Positions 1-10,900 of a stretch of 64,000 nucleotides of DNA are shown piece after piece. Source of the DNA: a virus. The DNA lies in the IMG/VR virus record IMGVR_UViG_3300034060_000588, positions 18,962-82,961 of that record. One strand, given 5' to 3'. The position numbers and the translations under genes are program-made. Position 1 is the first letter of the stretch, and each line of letters opens with the position of its first letter. The notes under the pieces are model-generated. The model was given only the letters and a program-made list of their open reading frames with translations. It did no database searches and had not been told where the DNA came from.

Positions 1-1
1 A

Positions 2-262
2 AATCGGTATGTTTAAATAGGTTACTGTGGGTGCTGGTGATACACAACTATCTTGTATTTCTAATACATATGTACCAGCGGTAAGACCACTAAAATAATA
101 TGTTGTTGTTGCTGCCGATGTTGGTAAAAGGCCAGATGATGATGTTTCTGATACCGTATATGGTGCTGTACCACCGGTAATTTCAATATATATTTCACCA
201 ACCCCAGTACTTGTACAGTCACCGGTTATAAAAAGATCATATGTTATAAATCCACATCCCAT
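2..262 (-). CDS. SprB-repeat-containing protein, N-terminal part (runs off window)
   Basis: Not in ORF track. The ATG at 262 overlaps the upstream TAA (TAATG). Reads MGCGFITYDLFITGDCTSTGVGEIYIEITGGTAPYTVSE...SGLTAGTYVLEIQDSC, matching the SprB-repeat pattern GGTAPYT...GLxAGTYxxxxxD. Confidence 0.7.
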   Translation of the reverse strand, partial: MGCGFITYDLFITGDCTSTGVGEIYIEITGGTAPYTVSETSSSGLLPTSAATTTYYFSGLTAGTYVLEIQDSCVSPAPTVTYLNIPI

Positions 263-3200
263 TATGCATTGTCTATATCTTGTGCGGCACAGAGAATATC
301 AAAGTCTATACCTATGTTTAGTTCAAAAAGTTGTGTAATATCAATCGGTATACAATTATTATTGTAAACATATACTTTATCACCAATAATATTATAAGAA
401 ATTCCATATGTAAGTAAACTAGCTAAAGCACCATTTACCGAGTTTCTCCAAAGGTCTTCACTTGGTATACTAAAAATTGGGTTTGAGTACCCATATCCGT
501 TGAAAAACTCGTATGAAACTACATTAGTCCCATCTATTCTAATATCCACGTACCAACTTGTTACTAGTGTGTTATAATCACAACTACTTACATTTTCTAA
601 AGTGTCTAAATATTCGTTCAGTAACGTTGTTAATACATCACCAAAAGTTTTAATTTGTGGGTCGTTATCCCAAGGAAATAAATTACATTCAACAACTTGT
701 ACTGGGCAGTCAAATGGAAAAATTGATGTCGTTAAAGAACAAGGTTTACAAGGTATTGGTATAATTTGACAACCACATTGTCTACGCCAAACAAATTTTT
801 GTCTATGAAATATTGAGTTTTCATATCTTACACCGGTGTTCCATATTGTTGTTGCCGGTACCATTTGTTCTATTAGTCTAATCCAATAATCACCAAGACC
901 ATTCACATAATCAATCATTTTTTGATATGTAAAATCATCATTTGGTATATTAACATAAGAATCGGATTCTAAATATTTCCAAAATATGGATTGTAATGTT
1001 GGGTATCCACCAGTTTTTCCGTCCGTAATGAATTGTCTATTTCTAACATTGATCATATTATGCCAGAAAGTTTGTGCAAACTCAAAAAAGGATTTTTCTC
1101 TTGGTTTAGGTATTGATTCTGTCCAGTCTATACCACCTCTTTGTGGATACGGTGTATATGGGAATGGGTTACATTTTGTTGGTGGTACGTAATTTAAACC
1201 TTGTTCTGGTATAGGAAAATTGTATGTTCTAGACATAGACCAAACGTCATACAAAAGACCTTGTCCTGGATTCAAGAAAATGTCCACATTTTTAACATTT
1301 AGTATTAATTTGTCTTCCTCTGCTCTATAATATGCGGTGAAACCACCATCACTAGAGTTTCTTATACCAGTATTATTACTATTCCAACTTTTTTTATTAT
1401 CAAGTGTTTTTCTTATTTTGAACCCCATATTTAAGTATGGGAAATTTCTATATCTATTCAAATATTCTTCCCCATAATTAAATGGTTGTAATTTTGTTTG
1501 ATATGTTGGGTTATCACCAGTAAAAACACTTACAGTTGGGTCAAATTCCGCTGGCATTCTGTGTTGGGGTGTTGATTCAAACCAACCACCACCAATCTGG
1601 AAAAAGTAATCTTCGGTTACTCTTGGCATACTAGGATAACCAAATCTATCTATTGGGTAGTCAACTCTAAGCGTTGTAATATCTTCTATAATTGGCGATG
1701 TTGTAAATCCTGTATATGGAACACCAAAAATTGTATAGACATCTGTTGGGTCAATAACTGACACTTCATCAACATATGTTCCTGCTGATATTTTTGTAAA
1801 TCTTGACTCAAATTGATTTATATTAATTTTTTGGTCGGCAACATAAACATATTCGTTAAACTCAACTAGAGCTTCCGGAGCACCAACAAGTCGTAATAAT
1901 ATCTCAATTGATTTTCTAGTACCTTTTGATTTAAATAAAAAGGCGGAGTTCATTATTAAATTTCTATAAAACTGGAAGTTCAACTCATCTGGTGTTTGTC
2001 CGACTGGTAATCCTTCAAATTCATTTGTCCCTTGTTGAAAAAGGGATGTTAGTAGTTGTTCGTCACTTATTGGTGATATATTAGTATTCCACCCTAAAGT
2101 TTGTGCTAAATTTTTAAGTAGTTGTGATGGAACGTCATTACCCACATTATAATTAACCGAGTTCATATTAGCTAAAGAAATGATAAACTTTCTTGTTTCA
2201 TCAAAACTTCTACCATATATTTGTAATACTTTTTCTATTTTTTGATCCGGTGTGTCAAATTCTTTTAAAGCACCGGTCGTTAAAAACCTAGATATTAAAT
2301 TTGTTCTATACTCATCTAAACTAGCACCAATATCATTTAGTTTATTAAGATAATTGGTAAAATATTGTGTCTTAATGTCTAAATTCCACTGATTTGTCGT
2401 AGGAAATGTTGCAAACTCTTTAGTAAACACAAAATTTCCTAATTCATCTTCAATTGTTTTGTTAAAAAATGCTGTATATTTTGGTACAATGTTTCTATTT
2501 AATAAAAATCTTTCAACCTCATCAAGGTCGTTTGAAAAGACTTCATTTACGTGTAACTCTTGTGGTCTAATTAGTAAGTTGTCGGTAGATATTGTGTTGT
2601 ACCCAAATGGTCTTCCTGTAACATAAAGACTCATAACAGTATCAGTGTCCTCAACACCAGAAAAAAACGTGATTGGGTACTCAACACCATTAATAAACAA
2701 AGAATAATTTTTATATTCTACGGTAAAGTTTCTTAACCTAGAGGTCTCAATTTCTTTTAATTCAATGTTCCTAGTTGAGTTTGTACTATAATCAATGTCA
2801 AAAGGGTTTACAATAGAACTCAAATTAACTTCAAAATACGTTTCATCGTTAACCTGATTATAAAAAATGTTTTTTGCTGTTTCTTGTGATATAAAATTTG
2901 GTAAAACATTATTTATTTCTAACCCAGCTGGAAAAAAATTAATTATTCGTGTAACTGAAGCTGACAATCTTTTACTCAATGACCCAAATAATGCAAAATT
3001 TGTAATTTCACTTAAATCAAAATTTGGGTAAACTTTTAAATTTTTTGCACTATCTATTCTAGACTGTAATAAAGTGTCAATACTCATAGAGTCTAAACTA
3101 ATCGGTTCTGAAAATGTACCAATATTAAATGTCCTATTAGTTTTTTCAGTAATAGATGTTGTAAACTGAAAATTTCCTTGGGTAAAACCTCCCCCATCAA

Positions 3201-3282
3201 CTATTTGGAAACCAACTAGATTGTCTGAAAAAGAGCCTTGGCCGCTGGCTTGTGGTGGACACGTATATTTAGTTATTGCCAT
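262..3282 (-). CDS. Baseplate wedge-type protein (P2 gpI / T4 gp7-like motif)
   Basis: 1006 aa. LLKNLAQTLGW...FKSKGTRKSIEILLRLVG resembles the gpI-family KGT motif. Lies in the baseplate cluster. Confidence 0.55.
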   Translation of the reverse strand: MAITKYTCPPQASGQGSFSDNLVGFQIVDGGGFTQGNFQFTTSITEKTNRTFNIGTFSEPISLDSMSIDTLLQSRIDSAKNLKVYPNFDLSEITNFALFGSLSKRLSASVTRIINFFPAGLEINNVLPNFISQETAKNIFYNQVNDETYFEVNLSSIVNPFDIDYSTNSTRNIELKEIETSRLRNFTVEYKNYSLFINGVEYPITFFSGVEDTDTVMSLYVTGRPFGYNTISTDNLLIRPQELHVNEVFSNDLDEVERFLLNRNIVPKYTAFFNKTIEDELGNFVFTKEFATFPTTNQWNLDIKTQYFTNYLNKLNDIGASLDEYRTNLISRFLTTGALKEFDTPDQKIEKVLQIYGRSFDETRKFIISLANMNSVNYNVGNDVPSQLLKNLAQTLGWNTNISPISDEQLLTSLFQQGTNEFEGLPVGQTPDELNFQFYRNLIMNSAFLFKSKGTRKSIEILLRLVGAPEALVEFNEYVYVADQKININQFESRFTKISAGTYVDEVSVIDPTDVYTIFGVPYTGFTTSPIIEDITTLRVDYPIDRFGYPSMPRVTEDYFFQIGGGWFESTPQHRMPAEFDPTVSVFTGDNPTYQTKLQPFNYGEEYLNRYRNFPYLNMGFKIRKTLDNKKSWNSNNTGIRNSSDGGFTAYYRAEEDKLILNVKNVDIFLNPGQGLLYDVWSMSRTYNFPIPEQGLNYVPPTKCNPFPYTPYPQRGGIDWTESIPKPREKSFFEFAQTFWHNMINVRNRQFITDGKTGGYPTLQSIFWKYLESDSYVNIPNDDFTYQKMIDYVNGLGDYWIRLIEQMVPATTIWNTGVRYENSIFHRQKFVWRRQCGCQIIPIPCKPCSLTTSIFPFDCPVQVVECNLFPWDNDPQIKTFGDVLTTLLNEYLDTLENVSSCDYNTLVTSWYVDIRIDGTNVVSYEFFNGYGYSNPIFSIPSEDLWRNSVNGALASLLTYGISYNIIGDKVYVYNNNCIPIDITQLFELNIGIDFDILCAAQDIDNA

Positions 3283-4190
3283 TATCCGGTTATATTTGTA
3301 AAGTTTTTACTAAAGTCTATATTGTTACCTCTATCTTGTCTTACTTCATATAATAAGTCATTAAATTGATCTTTAATTTCATATAAGTTGTATTGTTTGT
3401 AGATATTGTTATCAGAATCGTAAATTGTGTAAATACCATCATCAATTGACTTGGTTTGATTACCGTAAAGAGCAATGGCAAGGGTTGAGATGTCGTGTTC
3501 AGCAATTTCAATTTCTGTTGTAATCGGATTAAAAAATGTGTTTGTAATTATTATATTTTGATTTGGTTGACCAATAAATGGTGTTGCGTTTGCTTTATTT
3601 GTTGGTGACGAAGATGGTGAAAGGGTACAAAACATCAAATTAGTTTGAGTTTCAACATATCTATATCTTATATTCTGTTGAATGCTATTTGTTACGTTCG
3701 TTGTTACTGGTTCACAGTAAAACGATGAGGTGACAATTCTAAAGAAATTTGGTATCTTTGTTCCGTCTGAATTTAAATATTCCACTCTAAACCCAACAAG
3801 ACCTTGGTTTGTAAATTTATTTAAAAATTGTGTTGGTACATTATTTAAATCAATAACAATACCTTTTACATTTGGTAATGATAATAAAACACCACAATCA
3901 GTGATTGATGTTCTAATTTCTGCCGGTCTAATATATAATGTGTATATACCTAATTTATTAAATTGATCTACTGGTAGTCTCAAGTTATAAAGACCCCCAA
4001 GTATTTCAACACCACTATTGCCACCAGTTTCATTATTATGAAAATATGGTCTCAAAACCGTACTTGCGTCCAGTTTTGTTAATACAAAGCTAGTTGTTTC
4101 GTCTCTTGATGGGGTATAATTTAATATTATTTCCACATCATCTGGACTAACATCTGAAGGTCGTATCGTTCCGTAATTACCTATTGCCAC
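3282..4190 (-). CDS. Hypothetical virion structural protein
   Basis: 302 aa ORF with GTG start, coupled to the next gene, TATTTAT motif upstream. Confidence 0.55.
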   Translation of the reverse strand: MAIGNYGTIRPSDVSPDDVEIILNYTPSRDETTSFVLTKLDASTVLRPYFHNNETGGNSGVEILGGLYNLRLPVDQFNKLGIYTLYIRPAEIRTSITDCGVLLSLPNVKGIVIDLNNVPTQFLNKFTNQGLVGFRVEYLNSDGTKIPNFFRIVTSSFYCEPVTTNVTNSIQQNIRYRYVETQTNLMFCTLSPSSSPTNKANATPFIGQPNQNIIITNTFFNPITTEIEIAEHDISTLAIALYGNQTKSIDDGIYTIYDSDNNIYKQYNLYEIKDQFNDLLYEVRQDRGNNIDFSKNFTNITG

Positions 4191-4227
4191 AAATTAATAT
4201 TTAACAATTTTATTTTATTATAAATAG

Positions 4228-5403
4228 TTAAAGGTCGCTTTTTTCAACCTTGAAAAACTTATATCCGTATTTTTCTAAATCACCTAAATTATCTACTTCC
4301 CCAATTCTTTCAAATGTTTCAAGTACTGATGTTTTACCACGTTCAACAAACACATTACTCAATATTTGTGGTTGATCTATGATATTCATAAGTGCCTCAT
4401 TTTTTGTAATAGCAGTCATTATCAAATTATCACTGGTAAAACCAGATGAATATGTGAGATAGATTGTTGTACCGTCTTCATAATCATAGTAATCAATATT
4501 ATTAATTGTATAGGCAGTGTAGTCAAGTGTTGGGTCTGGTGTATAAACAATACCTACACATCCAGAAGATCCGGTAACGGGTATTCCGGGTTTAAATTTA
4601 CCACCTAAAAGTGAGTATTTAGGTCCATATTGTTCCAAATCATTTATTGCTGATTGAGTATAACCAGAAATAGCATAAGGAACTGTTGTGTACCCTGACG
4701 AGAAAAAATCATTTAGATTTGTATTTGAGTCTCCAGTAAAAATGTAGTCGTAACTTACTGGTGTTGCACTCCAACTACCAATATTTGGTGTAAAAAACGC
4801 AGTTCCTTCTGGGTTAAAAATCGTAACGTTTGTAAATGGTACTGTTACGGTCTTTGTTATTGTTGATACACCCCAAGGTGAGTTAGCATAAAACGTAATT
4901 TCGTATTGTCCAGGTGAAAGTGGGTATGTGTGTGTTGTCGACGATGTTGTTAATGTTTGTAATGGTGATCCGTCGCCCCAATCTATTTTATATGTTGTTA
5001 AACTTAAAAATTTTAAATATTCAGTTTCAGATGTGTTATAAAATATATATGTATATGGTGTTGAGGTGTCAGCACTAAATAAAAAGTTTTTCATTAGTGA
5101 AGACTGGAGTACCGCACCGTCAAAAACAGAATAATAACCAATATCAATCGCTGTTTGTGTAAATAAAATCGGTATTGTAAGACCGGTTAATAAAGATGTA
5201 CCACCAGTTCCACCGCTAAGTATATCTGTTAAACCAGAATAATACCCTGTTGTGCCGGTTATTGTTTCTATTGTTGTTGCAGTTATTGGGCAACACTCAT
5301 CAATATCATAATACGTATTTGTCCCAGCCGTGTATGGTACACGAACAATATCAGAAAGTAAATTTCCTGGTGATACTTTAAAGTAATATCTTTGTTCTTC
5401 CAT
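4228..5403 (-). CDS. PKD-domain structural protein
   Basis: 391 aa, Thr/Gly-rich. YKIDWGDGS...TTHTYP..PGQYEITF is a PKD-domain signature. Confidence 0.6.
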   Translation of the reverse strand: MEEQRYYFKVSPGNLLSDIVRVPYTAGTNTYYDIDECCPITATTIETITGTTGYYSGLTDILSGGTGGTSLLTGLTIPILFTQTAIDIGYYSVFDGAVLQSSLMKNFLFSADTSTPYTYIFYNTSETEYLKFLSLTTYKIDWGDGSPLQTLTTSSTTHTYPLSPGQYEITFYANSPWGVSTITKTVTVPFTNVTIFNPEGTAFFTPNIGSWSATPVSYDYIFTGDSNTNLNDFFSSGYTTVPYAISGYTQSAINDLEQYGPKYSLLGGKFKPGIPVTGSSGCVGIVYTPDPTLDYTAYTINNIDYYDYEDGTTIYLTYSSGFTSDNLIMTAITKNEALMNIIDQPQILSNVFVERGKTSVLETFERIGEVDNLGDLEKYGYKFFKVEKSDL

Positions 5404-5404
5404 T

Positions 5405-6232
5405 TTATGGGTTTACGTATTCATACCAAACAATCGGTGTTCCATTAACACCAACTACTTGAGTAGGGTTTATTGTGCTAAAAGTCTGATAAGTTTTTGT
5501 GTTATAATCTAATTTTACTCTATAATAGAAATAATCGTCAGAATTAAATGTAAACAAACTTGGTGTGAATGGTGTTATTTGAGGTCTATTCATCATTCTT
5601 ATAAAATTACCCGTTCTTCCATTAAAAAATTTGGCGCTCATATAAAATTCATCAATATCAATATAGTTTCTATCTCTTAACCAATATATAAAAAACCCTT
5701 CTTTATCACCCAAATAATCTAAACTAAATTTAGGTTTTCTTATATTAACATTTGTTACAATCGCAGATAAATTTACGTTTTGAAATTCCCCTTGTTGTAC
5801 CGGCAATATTATTGAGAAATATATGTTTTGTGTTACATCGTTGGGCGTGTCATAAAAGTCTAGTTTGAAGAAGGATTTTGTAAAAGGTTTTCTAAAATAG
5901 TAGATTTCTGGTGTTGTAAACCCTAAATTAAGGTATGTATCGTCCCAATTTGATGTTGTTACCGTTGCGGCAGTTATTGGTAGTGAATAATTATAAAAAT
6001 TAAATTCATAGTTTATGTTTGTTTTTGTTCTTAAATTTACATCAAGATATTCTTGGTGTGCAAATCTACAAATTTCAAAATCATTTGCGATTCCAATAAT
6101 TTCTTCTAAAATAGTTTTTTGGTATTCATCAATACTATCGTCTTTACCTGTAAAATCCCATTTCATTTCAATTGGGATGTTAAGATATTTTTCGTTATTA
6201 TTTGGTACTATTCTGTATTTATTCACACTCAT
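5405..6232 (-). CDS. Hypothetical structural protein
   Basis: 275 aa ORF tightly packed in the structural operon. Confidence 0.5.
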   Translation of the reverse strand: MSVNKYRIVPNNNEKYLNIPIEMKWDFTGKDDSIDEYQKTILEEIIGIANDFEICRFAHQEYLDVNLRTKTNINYEFNFYNYSLPITAATVTTSNWDDTYLNLGFTTPEIYYFRKPFTKSFFKLDFYDTPNDVTQNIYFSIILPVQQGEFQNVNLSAIVTNVNIRKPKFSLDYLGDKEGFFIYWLRDRNYIDIDEFYMSAKFFNGRTGNFIRMMNRPQITPFTPSLFTFNSDDYFYYRVKLDYNTKTYQTFSTINPTQVVGVNGTPIVWYEYVNP

Positions 6233-7961
6233 CTACTGTAGGTTCTGCTATTGTTGTTATATTAGGATTATTAATGTTTGATCCTTCTGGTATAATTCTA
6301 AATGTGTAATTTTCATATGGGTAATGTGCATCATTTAAAAAAGGATAATCAACCCCTCTACCTAAATCGTCTATAAAACCATAATCATAAATATCTCTCC
6401 ATAAAAATCCATTGGATAGGTTTGAATAAAAAGAATATGCTGGTATGTTATATAGTCCATCCGGAATTAAGGTTTCAATATAATCTGAAAATATCTTAAT
6501 TGTTAATGGTTGGTGTGGGTAATAAAAATAACCGAGATTATTGGTTAAATTTGTTTTCAGATCAAACCAAGTTGGGTTAAATGTTATTTTATGGTTATAT
6601 CTAGATACAACCCGTTCTAATTGTTCATAACTGTTCCACTCACAAAAATCACCATCCATTGTATTCCCAGAAACAAAATTATTTGTATAAACAAATGGTC
6701 CTTGAGTTGGTGTAACGTTACTAAAATATGATGTTGTAGGATATGTTGTATTTGACAATGAGTTGCCCCACCAAGGATTTGGGTTACCTAAATATAATGG
6801 TTGATTAAATTCCCAACCTTGTTTTAGTGGGTTTGTCCAACCAAAATAACCCTTCCAAATTACAGTAAAATAAAGTGACGATACTGGTCTTTTTTGATTA
6901 TCTATGAGGTTTGAAATATCAATGTCGGTATTAAAACTCAAATTATACGCCCTTGTTATGTCTTTTAAAGACATTCTTTCCTTATTGTTTGGTGTTAAGA
7001 CGGCTAGTTCTTTTTTATATTTTGTTTTATATATAATTTCTTCAAACCCAGTTTTGTTTACAACCGCGTCTTCAAGGTTAGTTAATAACTTATGTCTTCT
7101 AACATAATATTCCGACACAGTTTCGGGATTTTTTGGATTAACAATTCTTTTAAACGTTCCTTGTTGGTTTGTTAAAAATGTTGTTCCGGTATAACCAAAA
7201 TTTGTAAGATTAAAAACATATTCTTCACTATCAAAACCACTATTACCTAAACTTGTGACTTGAAAGTATGTATCTCCGTTATAATTTGTTGACAATTCTA
7301 CCCAGTCGTATAGATTAAGTCCGTGTTTAACTGGACATCTAAACTGGATCACGTTTTGATTTTGTTCACTACCAATATCAATAATATGTGGTATGCCGTC
7401 TAGGGCTGTCCAATACCAAGAAGCATTTGTGACCTCATCAATTATAAACAAATCTTTGTTGTAATCATTTTCAAATGGGTATGACATATAATATGTCCAA
7501 TTATACGTTGTAGCACTCTTATTTACGAAATATAGGTGTGGTGATGTCGCACCTATGTTGGTTGTGTAACCACCAATATTATTATCTTCTCTAATAAAAT
7601 CAAATTCCCATGCTTGTGGGTTGCCGTCCCAAGCAATTGTTGTTGGTGTTGCGGCGGTAATTTGGTTTATTTGATTTTGTATTGCATTTGTGTAATACAA
7701 ATTATTTTTAAATGGTAAGTAATTTGTGGATCCAGTATAAGAATTTTCAAAAACAATACTAAATTTTGCCGAAGGTCTAAAAATCGTTGATTTTTGTCTT
7801 TCGTTGTTATATACAACGGCTAAATCAACGTCAGCGCTCCTATCAAGTTCATATAGGTCTTTACCTTGTTGTTCTAATGAAACATCAATGGTCGTATCCG
7901 TATCAATGCTCACCGCATTTTTTTCAGAACCTAAAATTATTGTTGTTTGATCTATCTTCAT
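6219..7961 (-). CDS. Hypothetical structural protein
   Basis: 580 aa ORF abutting or overlapping its neighbours in the structural operon. Confidence 0.5.
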   Translation of the reverse strand: MKIDQTTIILGSEKNAVSIDTDTTIDVSLEQQGKDLYELDRSADVDLAVVYNNERQKSTIFRPSAKFSIVFENSYTGSTNYLPFKNNLYYTNAIQNQINQITAATPTTIAWDGNPQAWEFDFIREDNNIGGYTTNIGATSPHLYFVNKSATTYNWTYYMSYPFENDYNKDLFIIDEVTNASWYWTALDGIPHIIDIGSEQNQNVIQFRCPVKHGLNLYDWVELSTNYNGDTYFQVTSLGNSGFDSEEYVFNLTNFGYTGTTFLTNQQGTFKRIVNPKNPETVSEYYVRRHKLLTNLEDAVVNKTGFEEIIYKTKYKKELAVLTPNNKERMSLKDITRAYNLSFNTDIDISNLIDNQKRPVSSLYFTVIWKGYFGWTNPLKQGWEFNQPLYLGNPNPWWGNSLSNTTYPTTSYFSNVTPTQGPFVYTNNFVSGNTMDGDFCEWNSYEQLERVVSRYNHKITFNPTWFDLKTNLTNNLGYFYYPHQPLTIKIFSDYIETLIPDGLYNIPAYSFYSNLSNGFLWRDIYDYGFIDDLGRGVDYPFLNDAHYPYENYTFRIIPEGSNINNPNITTIAEPTVDECE

Positions 7962-7962
7962 C

Positions 7963-10900
7963 TTACTCTAGGTTAAGGTAAATTTGTATGTATCTATTTA
8001 TTGCTGTTTTTCCGGCTTTAAGACCAAAATAAAAATGGTATGGTGCTCCCACAATGTTATGTGATAAATCACCAACGACTGGACCAGAAGATGGTGGTAG
8101 TCCTGGTGATACACCAAAATTAGAATCAACAGGAACTCCGGCAGCGTTAAATTTGGTTATGTAACCAACATTAGTTCCACCAAGTATTTTAAAATATGGG
8201 TCTGTTAGATAATTTAAATCTTGATATCCTTTAGCATAAAACCCATTAAATTGATCTGGTGTTGTATTCCAGTTATTGTCTTCAGTACCAAAAATAACGT
8301 TTGAATTTGATTTTAATTTCCATCTATAATGTGGTACATTTTGTGTGTTTGGGTATCCGTAGTTATACTGAATGAGTGGTGATTGATTAAACGTTTCGCT
8401 ACCTGGACTATATCTTCTTCTGTATTTAACATCCTCGGTTGATGATGAGTAAAAAATACCGAACAGTCCTCTACCAAAAGGCGTGTTGTTGTCTTCACCC
8501 ACATATATAAAATTATTAGGATATGTGTCTGTAGCAAAAGAAATTACTTTAAATTCCGAATTAATAGATAATGCTTGAGCAAAATCACCGTCAATTCTAT
8601 ATCCACCTCTTGTACTATTAAAAAACTGATTTATTCCAACACCTTCGGAAAAAGTACCTGAAGACGAAAAATTACCAAACATTTGTTCAATAAAATTGGC
8701 ATTAACTAATCTTGATAAAAACCCCAATTTAACAATGTCAGATGTGTCGCTATAACTTGTTGATTTTACTTGATCAATGAAGTAACCTTGTAAGTTATTA
8801 TCACCACAAATTTCATTTATAAACTTATCCCTAGGGCCTAAATCCATAATTGTTGTTGGGAATTGGATTTGTTTATCGTTAAATCCACCAGAACCAATAA
8901 AGACACCACCAAAAGTACTACCATTTGGTCTTTCGGCTCCAATAAATAAATTAAAAGTACTGTCCCAAGGTGAACTCCTATAATAAAAATTATCACTTAT
9001 CTCGTTGTAGATGACATTATGGTCACAAAAATCAAAAGCCGAATCTTTTAATGGGTTTAAAAAATACCGATTTCCTTTTTTTATTGGGAACATATATAAA
9101 TTACCGTTAATCCAGTTGTTTTGGAATGTTTGAGAAAAAATCCCTCTACAAGCGGCATATAAAACAGTAAATCTTGTTTTCCACTCTAAAAAATATTCAA
9201 TATCATCCGGAATACCTAAAATATAAATTCCGGCTTTTTTTGTTGGGAAACAATAACACCCCTTAACAAATCTTTTTTTATTGTCATCAACACAATCTTG
9301 ATCAATACCCAAGTTTAATCCTGTTCCTTGGTAACATCTTAACGGCACCATATTGTCACATTCTAATGATTGTGTTATACCTGTTAACATTTCATCTTCA
9401 TCAGCACTTTCACCAGTAATTTCTTGTGGTCCAGTACTTAACGGTATGTTCACAGCTAGTCCGATGTTTACGTAAATCACAAAATTATCGTTTTGATGTA
9501 GTGCAAATCCCGTACCTAATTCAGATTCTTGTGTTTTATCTGATGTTGGGAGTCTGTCACTTCTCATAACCAATCTAGATGAATTGTTAAAATCAACACC
9601 AACCAATGGGTTAGTTGTACTTGCAGTATATCTATAATATGCTGGTGAATATACAGAATAAATGTCTTGTGCTGGGTCTAGTTCTTCTGGATAACCATAA
9701 ACAGAAGGATTACCAACTCTATCTATAAAATATGGATCTGCAAACGTTGCCCAATTTGTAATATTTAAGTTATTAAATTTTGAAGCAATGAATGATGTTC
9801 CACCAACATAAGAAGTACTATAATTTGGTAATGTTCTGTCACTAGAAATTAAGTTTGTAGTATTAGACAATATTGATAATATAGGTAAATTTACATTAGG
9901 TCTATAGTTCGCACCACCAGGTCCTGGTAAACCACCACCAGTACTGTTTAACGTTGTATCATCCGTTGATAAGTAGTAATAAGGGTTAAACGATGTGAAG
10001 GCCGTGTATGGACTTGTTACAGTAAACGTATAGGATGGGTAATATAACCTATTATCTGAATTATCAATTGTATTATGTGATTTGGGTTTCGGTGAGTTAG
10101 TTCCTCTAATTGGGATATTTAAATATTTTAAACCAGTAAACGTGACACTGTCTGGTGTTGTAAAACCAAATATTCTAGATAAATCGTACTTAATTTCTTG
10201 TTTATCTGTATATGGGTCAACACCTCTTGTTAAAAATAATATTTCATACGTATTGAAATTTGTCAAAGACGATAACGAATCATAATTACCAATTTGTCTT
10301 GTATGTGAAACAAGGTCTGGGTCTGTATAAAAGAAAGTTTCAGCACTAGGTCCGGTAGTAAACGGATAATTACTTGTATTGTTTGATGAAACTTCAAGGG
10401 CTCTTGCAATAACATAATTAATCTTGTGTCTTAAATATTCTTGGTGAAATAGTTGTGGATTATTAGTTCCGTTTGATTGTGTCAAAAATTGTGAAACTGT
10501 CAAACCGGTTATTACCTGGAAATATTCTATGTCGTTTGGATATTTAAATTCACCGTTATTTGTTGTTTGGTTAATTTTAATTTGTGCCGTTAACTCTAAA
10601 ACACCAGAGGGGTCTGTAGGATTGGCATAATTTACAAATTTTACTAATGGTGTTGTCCCTGTTGTTGTTGTCCCTGTTATGGAATTTGTTAAAAACTGAT
10701 TTTCTGTTGCTCCGGTTATATTAACATAAGCGGGTGATGTTAGTGGGTTTTGGAAACTAACTAATTGGTTTACTAGTTGTCCTGTTGTTCCTGGTTTAAC
10801 TAAAATAACTAAAATTTGGTCATCAAAAGAATCACTACCTAATGATGGGTTTACCGTAGTGGTTATTCTATTTAAACTACCTAATGGTGAGGCATTGTTA

